Shown here: positions 18,191 to 27,189 of the stretch, in pieces
How the letters are laid out: every line of letters begins with the position of its first letter
Position numbering within the stretch: the first letter of the stretch is position 1
NCBI GenBank assembly: GCA_947311095.1
Contig: CAMZKF010000305.1
Span: forward strand, 1 to 44,095
DNA from: an uncultured Flavobacteriales bacterium
Lineage (GTDB): Bacteria > Bacteroidota > Bacteroidia > Flavobacteriales_D > Parvicellaceae
Length of the DNA: 44,095 nt
Direction of reading: 5' to 3'
Program-made: the position numbers and the translations under genes
Notes under the pieces: model-generated
Told to the model about the DNA's origin: nothing
The model's input: only the letters and a program-made list of their open reading frames with translations
Database searches by the model: none

Positions 18191-20109
18191 TTATTTTTTT
18201 ACAATTTTTTGCGTCATTAAATAATCGGAGTATCTAATATTAAGAAGGTAAATGCCACTTGCTAAATCATTGGTTTTAATGTTAAGTTGACTGCCTTTAT
18301 CTATTTTGTATTCAGTTTTCCATAACGTTTTTCCTAGTGCGTCAGTTATAGAAACAATTATAGGTTTATCATTTACTTTATCCAACTCTAAATTAACGGT
18401 TAGATTATTGGAAAAAGGATTAGGAAAAGCCAAGCAGTTTTCGTTACTAATAAAAGATTTATTCAATGTGTTATTTAAAGTATCCGAATCTTCTAAATGA
18501 TTAGGGTTTATAGCTTTTATCATTAAGTTATGTTCTGAAAATTGATGTACACTAAAGCTTGGTAAGTTTATTAATAAAGTATCATTTGGTTGTAAATCTC
18601 CCGTCCAAATATAAGTTGACGAATAATTATCTATTCCATATTTAAAAGTTAAATATTCTAAATTTTGCTCTCCAATATTTTTTATAATAAGAGAAGGATA
18701 AATTGTATTTCCACAAGTTAATTCTAAAGGGCTTTCAATTCTAATTAAACTCACGTTATTTAGAGGTGCATTAGGGTCAAAACCAGTTAAAGAAGTAACC
18801 CCCGAATTGTTAGGGTCGAGCCAATCACGTAGTCTATTGGTAGCGCTACTTCCGTTCCAAGAAACAGCAAATTTTCCATAGTAATCATTTATACTATTAG
18901 AACAATTGGCTTGTCCTCCATGAAGCTGTCCTATAATATAATGATTTTCGTCCCACAACCCAGAACCAGAAGAACCACCTTCCGTAGTTGTATTTCTATC
19001 CCAAGCTAAAATATTCCATTCGGCATTGACTATTGCAGACCCCATGTTGCCAGATGCTGGAGCATTATCGTCAAATGATATTTTTTTTACATCTCCCCTA
19101 GGGTGGTGTATTCCTACTGTCGAAAATGGTACGTCGCCCGAATTGTTCCAACCTGCATAATAAACTTCATACGATGCTGGAGGGACAGTATTTAATAATA
19201 TTAATCCAAAATCAGAATTAACATTTCGAGCTTTAAATGAAGAACCATTAATTAAATCATTGGTTACAGCCGTTTGACTATTGGAAGCCGTTTGACTACC
19301 ACAAATAGGGCTATCATAATTAAAACGAAAAACAGCGCTAGCCATTGATTGCGGACTACAATGATTAGCTGTTAAAAAATAAGGTTTTCCATCATTATTT
19401 GTATTGTTAACTAAAGTTCCCGAGCACAATCCGCCTCCATTTACAATTCTTGCAACAGCTTTAATTTCATTTCGCCACAAGTCGCCATCGGGGCAAATTA
19501 CATCCATATTGCAATTTCCAGACTCGTTAACTTTCATTTTATTCTCCCAATTATTAATGTCAATATAGCCATGAACTACCATTCCAATATTTAATCGACT
19601 ACTTTCTTTGCTGTTTTTAGGTTGGTAATATTCAACTATTATTTTGTCACCTTTAATCAAGTCTGTTCCCAATACATTGTCTTCATTATTATTAGCCGAA
19701 GTATATGCTCCTTGTACCTGTTGCTTGTCGGAACTGTATAAATGAAGGTAAGCTCCTTGCTCTAAATAAAAATCATTAAAAATAAGGTTTATAGAAATTG
19801 CATTTTTGCTTTCCAATTCTAAGCGACAGATTTTACTACCTCCGTTCAAATTTATCCAACTTCCTGCGTCAAATAAAGAGATAGAAACATGGTGTTCGAA
19901 ACCAAACATATACATCCCTGTTCCTTTTTTTATATTTTCTTTATTATCTGCTATTGCTTGTTGGACATCAAAAGAAGGCATTGAAACAGTTGGAACATGT
20001 GTCTTATTACTTTTAATGAAAATGATTTTGGAAACACAGGTTTAGTTGTTTGACCAAACGTATTATAAAAGATAAAACTTAAGAATAGTAATATGATATG
20101 TTTTTTCAT
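18191..20109 (-). pseudogene. Secreted S1-family (lysyl-endopeptidase-like) serine protease with T9SS C-terminal domain; signal peptide lies in a different frame
   Basis: Catalytic motifs LTANHC (His), NSDFGLILL (Asp) and GGSSGSGLW (Ser). CTD AFPNPFSNNLTVNLEL...GIYLLNIRYSD...KIVKK. The signal peptide MKKHIILLFLSFIFYNTFGQTTKPVFPKSFSLK starts at 20109 in another frame. The frames join at homopolymer 20011-20014. Confidence 0.75.
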
Positions 20110-20318
20110 CGTCTATTTTTTTTATGAAAATACTAAAATTAGTAACTAACCAACACTATTTTCTATTATTTATTTTGCTTTATTTAAAACAAGCTACTTG
20201 GTTTTCTTATTTGTAAAAGCTCTATTAAGCTCAACTTTATAATTTTTTCAAGGACTATTGAACAGTACAGTAACTTCAAAAATTAAGAATAGTTGTATCC
20301 TAAAACTTTAAATATAAA

Positions 20319-20332
20319 ATGACTCAAATCAT
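20319..20332 (+). promoter_or_regulatory. Candidate CRP/FNR-type operator (ATGAC-N4-ATCAT) upstream of the cytochrome c / HCO pair
   Basis: Near-palindrome with a TGA-N6-TCA core and 7/10 matches to TTGAT-N4-ATCAA. Lies 48 nt upstream of the TTG start at 20380. Confidence 0.3.
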
Positions 20333-20379
20333 CTGATTTTTAAATGAAGGAGTATAGTTTTACAAAAAAATAATAAGCC

Positions 20380-20802
20380 TTGAAAAATAGAGACGGTAAT
20401 CGAATTGTACTAGCTATATTAATTGTAGTGTTTGCAATTTACAATAGCATTATATACACAAAAAACACATCTGCTAGTAGTGCTCCTCTACTATCGAAGA
20501 AAGGTATAGAGGGGGAAAAAATATGGCAAAAAAATAATTGCACCGCATGTCATCAGTTTTATGGTTTGGGAGGATATCTAGGTCCTGATTTAACCAATTT
20601 GATTTCAAATCCAATCAAAGGAGAAGAATACGCTAAAGCTATTTTCAATAGCGGTATAAAATCAATGCCTAAATTTAACTTCACTACACAAGAAAAAAAC
20701 AATTTAATCTCTTTTTTAAAAGAAGTTGATCGAACTGGATTTTACCCCAATAAAAATGTGAAGTTTAAAAGTAATGGATGGGTTTCAATAAAATACAAAT
20801 AA
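20380..20802 (+). CDS. Membrane-anchored monoheme cytochrome c, NorC-like
   Basis: 140 aa, TTG start, one N-terminal TM helix (IVLAILIVVFAIYNSIIY). Heme motif NCTACHQFYGLGGYLGPDLTN and distal SMPKF Met. Confidence 0.75.
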   Translation: MKNRDGNRIVLAILIVVFAIYNSIIYTKNTSASSAPLLSKKGIEGEKIWQKNNCTACHQFYGLGGYLGPDLTNLISNPIKGEEYAKAIFNSGIKSMPKFNFTTQEKNNLISFLKEVDRTGFYPNKNVKFKSNGWVSIKYK

Positions 20803-20804
20803 AA

Positions 20805-22142
20805 ATGGAAGCGAATAAAAGATTCTCAATATTGTTTATCACACTTGGAATAATGGCATTAGCTACAACAGTTCTAATAGGTGTTTTAGCTTCATTTGTG
20901 TACTTATATCCCGATTTCTTGAAAGACTACATTCCGTTTAATAGGCTACGACCACTGCATACCACTTCGGCTATATCTTGGATTATATTGACTGCAATAG
21001 GGGGAATTTATTATTACATTCACAGTTTAGAAAATACTTACATTTCCTTTCCTAAATTAGAAAAAGCGCATTTTTTTATTTTCTTAATCACGGGTATATC
21101 CATTTATTTTTCTTTATTTTTTGGAAAGATGGGAGGAAGAGAATACTTAGAATACTATCCACTATTAACAATTCCAATATTAATCGGATGGATCTTTTTT
21201 GGTATTAATTACTTTACTACAATGTTAATCAATGTAAAAAAATGGCCAGTCTATTTTTGGATGTGGGGAACAGGTATCCTTTTTATGATTTACCATTTAT
21301 CAGAAGCTCATTTTTGGTTGTTTTCTTCTATTCGTAATGACTTCATAAAAGACATTAGTATTCAATGGAAATCATACGGATCATTTGTGGGAAGTTGGAA
21401 TTTATTGGTATATGGAACAGCTATTTATTTAATGGCAAAAATAAAAAAGGATGACAGTATAGGAAGAGGAAAAGAATATTTTTTCTTTTATTTTTTAGGA
21501 TTAACAAACTTAATGTTTGGTTGGGCTCACCATACTTATATAATCCCGACACAACCTTGGATAAGGTACGTAGCTTATGTGGTTAGCATGACAGAATGGA
21601 TAATATTTATACATATTGTATATAATTGGAAAAAATCACTCAAAAAAGACAAGATGATAATTAATCAAATGGCATATAAATTTCTAATTGCTAGTGACTT
21701 TTGGGTATTTTTTAATTTAATGCTAGCATTACTAATGTCTATCCCCTCACTTAATTATTTTATGCATGGCACTCATATTACTGTAGCTCATTCTATGGGT
21801 ACTACCATTGGAATTAACACTAGTATATTATTAGCATCGGTTTCTTTCGTTGTTTCGGATTTATTAAAAAACAATAAACTAAATCATAACAAAATTTTAA
21901 GAATAGGTTATTATGCTTTCAACACTTCATTATTTTTATTTTTAACTGTACTTATAGAGAGTGGTATCTTTAAAGCTAGATGGATACTAAACAACCCCAA
22001 CTCTAATTTTGGAATATATCAAGAAGATTCTTCCTTTATTTATATTTTTTTCGTTATAGCTGGAATTGTATTATTTATAAGTCTAATTACTGTTATAATT
22101 CCTATTCTAAAACATTTATTAAAATCATTATTTTCGCGCTGA
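20805..22142 (+). CDS. Heme-copper oxidase superfamily catalytic subunit (C-family/NOR-like); candidate nitric-oxide reductase large subunit
   Basis: Start set at the ATG 2 nt after the cytochrome c stop. ~12 TM helices. Motifs RLRPLHTTSA (helix II His), YHLSEAHFW, GWAHHTYI (His-His) and HGTHITVAHSMG (helix X). Confidence 0.7.
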   Translation: MEANKRFSILFITLGIMALATTVLIGVLASFVYLYPDFLKDYIPFNRLRPLHTTSAISWIILTAIGGIYYYIHSLENTYISFPKLEKAHFFIFLITGISIYFSLFFGKMGGREYLEYYPLLTIPILIGWIFFGINYFTTMLINVKKWPVYFWMWGTGILFMIYHLSEAHFWLFSSIRNDFIKDISIQWKSYGSFVGSWNLLVYGTAIYLMAKIKKDDSIGRGKEYFFFYFLGLTNLMFGWAHHTYIIPTQPWIRYVAYVVSMTEWIIFIHIVYNWKKSLKKDKMIINQMAYKFLIASDFWVFFNLMLALLMSIPSLNYFMHGTHITVAHSMGTTIGINTSILLASVSFVVSDLLKNNKLNHNKILRIGYYAFNTSLFLFLTVLIESGIFKARWILNNPNSNFGIYQEDSSFIYIFFVIAGIVLFISLITVIIPILKHLLKSLFSR

Positions 22143-22281
22143 CGACAATAGACTTTTATAAGCAATAGTTGATTTGTTACAACTAAAAACCATTTGGATA
22201 ACGACTCCTAGTTTATTGTTTTTCTAGAATAAAATTTCAAAAAAAAAACAGAATAAAAAGCCTTAAAATCAACAAAAAGGA

Positions 22282-22289
22282 TAACTTTG
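22282..22289 (+). promoter_or_regulatory. Candidate -7 box (TAACTTTG) for the Crp/Fnr gene
   Basis: Exact TAnnTTTG, 27 nt upstream of the ATG at 22317. Confidence 0.4.
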
Positions 22290-22316
22290 TCTTTTTTAAC
22301 TTTAGAATAAAAAACT

Positions 22317-23018
22317 ATGAGTAAAATTGTCGATATTCCTGCATGCGTAGATTGTAAAAATAAAAACAGTGTTTTTTGTTCAATACCCAATGATGAAAAA
22401 GAAATATTGGGAGATAAGAAACTAAATAATTTATATAAAAAAGGAGAAATTATTTTTCAAGAAGGGGGAGCTTCTCACGGCTTATTTTGTATTTATAGCG
22501 GAAAAGTTAAATTAACTAAATTGGGACAAGACGGAAAAGATCAGGTTGTCCGATTTTCTAACACTGGCGACATTTTGGGGTACCGTTCACTGTTAAATAA
22601 CGAAGCCTATCAAGCTACGGCAATAGCATTGGAGGATTCTTTTATATGTCAATTATCAAAAGATAATTTTATAAACTCAATTAAAGAAAATGCATCTCTA
22701 TCGTTGGAAATAATTCAACTGTTGTCTTCGAATTTAAAAAATGCAGAAAAACAACTTGTAAATATTGCTCAAAACACAGCAAAAGAAAGGATTATAGCCT
22801 CTATTTTATTACTTCAAGAAGTTTTTGGATTTAAAGAAGACGGTAAATCGTTAGATATTATATTGACAAGGTCTGAAATAGCAGATATAGCAGGAACAAC
22901 TCCTGAGACAGCAATAAGAACTTTAAAAAAGCTGAGTTCCAAAAAAATAATTGAATTAAAAGGAAAAACCATTATAATTCCTAATTTAACGGCTTTAGCT
23001 TCCGTTTCTGGATTTTGA
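22317..23018 (+). CDS. Crp/Fnr-family transcriptional regulator with FNR-like cysteine cluster
   Basis: 233 aa with a cNMP-binding-like beta-roll (YKKGEIIFQEGG...) and a C-terminal HTH (RSEIADIAGTTPETAIRTLKKL). Cys10-x2-Cys13-x7-Cys21 plus Cys111 at the end of the beta-roll. Confidence 0.8.
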   Translation: MSKIVDIPACVDCKNKNSVFCSIPNDEKEILGDKKLNNLYKKGEIIFQEGGASHGLFCIYSGKVKLTKLGQDGKDQVVRFSNTGDILGYRSLLNNEAYQATAIALEDSFICQLSKDNFINSIKENASLSLEIIQLLSSNLKNAEKQLVNIAQNTAKERIIASILLLQEVFGFKEDGKSLDIILTRSEIADIAGTTPETAIRTLKKLSSKKIIELKGKTIIIPNLTALASVSGF

Positions 23019-23297
23019 TTATCTTAGTTGACAATCTAACACTATTTCTGTTGAGGTATTGCTTAGGTCATTTATCATAAAATCTTTTTTATTGGTACAA
23101 CTAGCAAAGGCTTCATTTTCTCCTTTTTCTCTGAAAATTTCTGAATCAAAAATGGTTTTGGAAATAGTATCGTAAGTTACATTTCCATTAATAGTTGTTG
23201 TTTCTATCACTTTTTTATATCCGTTGCATTCACAAGTATATGGCTTTTTACAAGCGACTATGAAGATGATGAAAATTGTAAAAAATTTTTTATCCAT
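23019..23297 (-). CDS. Small hypothetical lipoprotein
   Basis: 92 aa. Signal/lipobox MDKKFFTIFIIFIVAC and several additional Cys residues. Confidence 0.5.
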   Translation of the reverse strand: MDKKFFTIFIIFIVACKKPYTCECNGYKKVIETTTINGNVTYDTISKTIFDSEIFREKGENEAFASCTNKKDFMINDLSNTSTEIVLDCQLR

Positions 23298-23590
23298 TCT
23301 AAAATAAATATTGTAAACTGTAAGAGTAGGTGTTAAATTTTACAAGGTTTTTCCTTGTGTCTTGCTTAAATTCTGTTTTCAAATTTAGAGTTTTATTTTT
23401 AAATTCAGAAGTTTTTTTTATGAAAATTGACTCATCTAATTCAAATCATTTCTATAAAGTATCAAAAGATGTTTTTACTTTTTGCTTTCGTCTAAGACTG
23501 TCATGCCTTCTGTTGGAGTTTTTAAGACTCTAAAAAGAGATTAAATTGTTATTTCATTTCTTTAGGCTGTTGTTATTTTATTTAATTGTT

Positions 23591-25294
23591 TCAATAAATA
23601 AAATTAAACGTTTTTACAGTTCTGTTTCCTCTTTCGTCTCGAACTATTATTTTTAGAGAATGTTTGCCTTTATTTATTTTATTGTATTCATCAAAATGTA
23701 GTGTGAGTGTTGCTTTTCTTGGGCTGTAGTTAGCGAGCATAAACTGTTTGTCAATGTATATTTTATATAATTTGATACCACTTAGATTGTCGCTTATTCT
23801 AAATTGAATCGTTTGTTGGTTTGCAATATTTTTTCCATTGCTAATATTTAAAGGTGTAATTACAGGAGGCACACTGTCTATTTTTACCGTGTAATTTCCA
23901 AAATCTCTAACTTTAGTTTCTATCCAACCGTTTTTAAAAGAGCCTCCTTTTGCTCTTACTCTTTTTTTGTTGTTGCTAATTTTTATAATTACCGCTTTAT
24001 CTGTTTGATTCGATGGTATTCCTTGTGTTTTTATTTTCATTACAAAATATTTTTGTAAAGGAATTTCGCTATTACCAAAGTGATGTAAAGGTGCAGGATA
24101 ATTTAATGTTTTTTCTTTAGAATACTTTGTTTGAGTAGGCTCATAAACGGTTTTTTCTTCCATTTCAACCTCAAAGTCATCTTGTTTTAGTTCGTATTTA
24201 TCTAAGGGGTCAATTTCATATTTTTTTACGATGGTAGGAATTTTAGTAGTTGTTGATTGAACTTTAAACGCTAGGGTAGAAGCGTTGCCATAGCTGTCTT
24301 TAATGGTGTATTTCAAGTGGTGTATTTTGTTATCGTTGAAGTAAATGTAGCCATTGTTAATTAAATTGCTGTAAATTACTAAGTCGTTGTTTTCTGTAAC
24401 AAATGATTTGTGAAAACTTCTTCTTTTTTTATGGTATTCATAATAGTCTTTGTGAGCATTGATATACCTATTTGTCGAAAAGTCGATTTTTTCCATCGTT
24501 TGCTTAAAAATAGTCTTTTCATCAAATGCCAATTCTATAGTATAAATGCCACATTTGTTTTGAGCTGCATTTAAGCGGTCTATTGTGTGGACTCCAAATC
24601 CTATTTTACCATTTACAGTTATTGTTGGATTGTTTTTTAAAGTGTAAATTCCATTTGTTCCTACGGTGGGATATACTTTTGTTTTTCTTTGATTATCGAT
24701 AGCTCCTTCAATAGGATATACTTTTAGATTAAAGATACTTGGTTTTACGTTATCTTTTATGTCGAAATGGAATAGCAAAGGATTTACAGGATTTTCGGAT
24801 ATTGTTTCTCTAATTTCAAAATGTAAATGAGGTGCAGAAGAACTTCCAGAATTACCAGAATAAGCAATTACTTCTCCTTTTTTTATTTTTAATTCTTCTG
24901 GAGTTAGTAAAATATTTATTGTTTCTGTTTCTGTTTCAAATTGTTTTTTTCTCAAATAGTGTTCAATCTTTTTAGGAAAATTTCTTAGGTGGGCATATAC
25001 CGAAGTGTAGCCGTTAGGATGTGTAATGTAAATAGCTTTTCCATATCCCCAATGCGAAATATTTATACGAGAAACATAGCCAGAATCGATAGCATACACT
25101 CGATAGCCTTGTTTGTGATTTGTTTTGATGTCTAAACCTGTGTGAAAATGATTGCTTCTTAATTCTGCAAAATTTCCAGCTAATACTAAGGGAATATTTA
25201 GCGGATGTCTAAAATTTGTTTTGTCGTAAGCAGTTTGAGAGTAAGCAGCTGAAGATAGAATAATTGATGCTATAAAAATGATTAAAAATTTCAT
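23591..25294 (-). CDS. M23-family metallopeptidase (LytM-like) with long C-terminal extension
   Basis: Signal peptide. HFHTGLDIKT (HxxxD) and SSAPHLHFEIR (HxH) zinc motifs. ~370 additional C-terminal residues. Confidence 0.85.
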   Translation of the reverse strand: MKFLIIFIASIILSSAAYSQTAYDKTNFRHPLNIPLVLAGNFAELRSNHFHTGLDIKTNHKQGYRVYAIDSGYVSRINISHWGYGKAIYITHPNGYTSVYAHLRNFPKKIEHYLRKKQFETETETINILLTPEELKIKKGEVIAYSGNSGSSSAPHLHFEIRETISENPVNPLLFHFDIKDNVKPSIFNLKVYPIEGAIDNQRKTKVYPTVGTNGIYTLKNNPTITVNGKIGFGVHTIDRLNAAQNKCGIYTIELAFDEKTIFKQTMEKIDFSTNRYINAHKDYYEYHKKRRSFHKSFVTENNDLVIYSNLINNGYIYFNDNKIHHLKYTIKDSYGNASTLAFKVQSTTTKIPTIVKKYEIDPLDKYELKQDDFEVEMEEKTVYEPTQTKYSKEKTLNYPAPLHHFGNSEIPLQKYFVMKIKTQGIPSNQTDKAVIIKISNNKKRVRAKGGSFKNGWIETKVRDFGNYTVKIDSVPPVITPLNISNGKNIANQQTIQFRISDNLSGIKLYKIYIDKQFMLANYSPRKATLTLHFDEYNKINKGKHSLKIIVRDERGNRTVKTFNFIY

Positions 25295-25682
25295 TGAATG
25301 CTATTTGGTTTGAGTGTAAAGTAGGCATTTAAAGAGTGCCGTCAGGTTTATTGTTATTGTCGTTGCAAAACTTTATCCAAAGATACAAACTTAATGGTTT
25401 GTACATTCAAATCGATTCTGTTTTTGAAAAAAGAGATTACATTTTTTTTAGGTTTTTATTGTTGAAAAGTCTTAAAATATTGATTTTCAAGAATTGATAT
25501 TAAATTAACATCGAATAGCTCTTAATAAAACAATCTCTTATCTGATTTCTTTTCGTTAAAAAAAATTGCTTGCCCGTTTATCTATTTTAATGAAGTCGTG
25601 AGTTCTATTTCTTTCAGCTCATCTCAAAATTTAATAGGTATGATTCCGTTTATTTAATCTATTTTAAGTTGCTTTTTTATGA

Positions 25683-25690
25683 TATATTTG
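25683..25690 (+). promoter_or_regulatory. Candidate -7 box (TATATTTG) for folC
   Basis: Exact TAnnTTTG, 25 nt upstream of the ATG at 25716. Confidence 0.45.
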
Positions 25691-25715
25691 TAATATTTTT
25701 TCAAACAATAATATA

Positions 25716-26942
25716 ATGACCTATCAAACTACGCTTGACTTTATTTATTCTCAATTGCCTCAGTATCAAAAAATAGGAGGTAAAGCTTACAAATCGTCTT
25801 TGAAAAATATAGAAGCGTTGTGTAAAATGTTAGGAAATCCTGAAAGAAAAATTAAAACAATTCACATCGCAGGAACGAATGGAAAAGGATCTACAAGTAG
25901 TCTTTTAGCTTCTGTTTTGACAGAAAGTGGTTATAAAGTCGGTTTGTTTACGTCTCCTCATTTAATCGATTTTAGAGAACGTATTACAATTGATAGGCAA
26001 ATGATATCGGAGAGATTTGTAGTTGAGTTTGTAGCTAAATATAAAGAATTAGTAAAAGAAATACAGCCTTCTTTTTTTGAATGGACAATGGCTTTGGGGT
26101 TTTATTATTTTGAAAAGAAAAAGGTAGATGTAGCGGTTATAGAAACAGGATTGGGAGGGCGTTTGGATTCTTCGAATGTTGTGAGTCCTTTGGTTAGTGT
26201 AATTACAACTATTGGAATTGAACATACGCAATATTTGGGGAATACGCTAAAAGAAATAGCATTTGAAAAAGGAGGTGTAATAAAGCCTAATAAACCAGTT
26301 ATAATAGGTCGAGGTGTAGAAAAAGAAGCACTGGAGGAATTAAAACGATTGGCTGTATTGAATAATAGTAAAGTAGTTATAGCTTCTGAAAATGAGCAAT
26401 ATTATGAGTCTGGATTGTTGGGAGAGATTCAACAATATAACATAGCGACTGTTTTAGCTGTCTTGAATGAGGTAAAACCTATTTTTGAGGCTGTAAATGA
26501 TATTACAATTAAAAAAGGGTTGAAAAATGTAACTAAAAACACATTGTTGAGAGGGCGTTGGGAATTAATAGACCAAACGCCAAGAATAATAGCCGATATA
26601 GCTCATAATGTACAGGCTGTTGAGGAGATTGTAAAACAATTGGAGAATGAAAAATTTGATAATTTGTCTATTGTTTGGGGAATGGTAGAAGATAAGGACA
26701 TTGAAAAAGTGGTTGGTTTATTGCCCGATAATGCAACTTATTATCTTTGTGAACCTAAAATAAATAGAGCCATGAAATTGGAAAAATTAGCTTCGTTTTT
26801 TAAAGGGAAGAATATAGTGTTATGTGAGAGTTGCGTAATGGCTTATCAACAATCAAAAAAAGAATTGAAGACGGAAGATTTGTTGCTAATTAGTGGTAGT
26901 AACTTTGTAGTTTCTGAAGTATTGGAAGGGGGAGAATGGTAA
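25716..26942 (+). CDS. folC: Bifunctional folylpolyglutamate synthase / dihydrofolate synthase
   Basis: 408 aa with the Mur-ligase P-loop IHIAGTNGKGST and GLFTSPHLIDFRERI. Confidence 0.9.
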   Translation: MTYQTTLDFIYSQLPQYQKIGGKAYKSSLKNIEALCKMLGNPERKIKTIHIAGTNGKGSTSSLLASVLTESGYKVGLFTSPHLIDFRERITIDRQMISERFVVEFVAKYKELVKEIQPSFFEWTMALGFYYFEKKKVDVAVIETGLGGRLDSSNVVSPLVSVITTIGIEHTQYLGNTLKEIAFEKGGVIKPNKPVIIGRGVEKEALEELKRLAVLNNSKVVIASENEQYYESGLLGEIQQYNIATVLAVLNEVKPIFEAVNDITIKKGLKNVTKNTLLRGRWELIDQTPRIIADIAHNVQAVEEIVKQLENEKFDNLSIVWGMVEDKDIEKVVGLLPDNATYYLCEPKINRAMKLEKLASFFKGKNIVLCESCVMAYQQSKKELKTEDLLLISGSNFVVSEVLEGGEW

Positions 26943-26963
26943 ATTAGAATTAAGCCTTATTGA

Positions 26964-27100
26964 GTTAGGGATTACTCATTTATATCATTTATAACTTTGT
27001 GTTCGTGATGTCGTTTCGCTCAGTTGAAACGGCATCCTTTTATTTTTTTTATTTCAAAAAAAGAAAAGATATAGTGGATAGCCCGCTCGAACGCCCAAAA
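26964..27100 (+). repeat. Intergenic repeat element, copy B
   Basis: Same three blocks as 8420-8544. 26964-26982 is identical to 8420-8438. 27002-27023 has 1 mismatch. 27066-27100 has 3 mismatches. Confidence 0.8.
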
Positions 27101-27157
27101 AATAAAAAAAGGAATAGATTTATTAGAGAATATAATGGAGACTCAAAAGAATTACGT

Positions 27158-27165
27158 TATTTTTG
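27158..27165 (+). promoter_or_regulatory. Candidate -7 box (TATTTTTG) for prfB
   Basis: Matches TAnnTTTG, 24 nt upstream of the ATG at 27190. Confidence 0.4.
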
Positions 27166-27189
27166 AGCAATTGAAAATATGAATATAAA

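Noticed and set aside
20778-20804. Track start of the HCO ORF at 20778, which overlaps the cytochrome c gene by 25 nt.
   Set aside because: The upstream extension (MGFNKIQIK) is just read-through of the overlapping frame. The ATG at 20805, 2 nt after the cytochrome c stop, gives MEANKRFSILF followed directly by the first TM helix.
23298-23590. 67-aa ORF 23330-23533 (+) and a small hairpin (ACAAGG-TTTTT-CCTTGT near 23343-23362) in the spacer between the small lipoprotein gene and the M23 peptidase gene.
   Set aside because: The ORF is low-complexity (Phe/Leu/Ser-rich) and has no start context. The hairpin is short and lacks a convincing U-tract on either strand.
25295-25715. Long (421 nt) spacer upstream of folC, examined for a riboswitch or small RNA.
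   Set aside because: It is an AT-rich sequence with no recognisable conserved riboswitch core and no strong structure by eye. It probably holds divergent promoters only. Only the TATATTTG box is reported.
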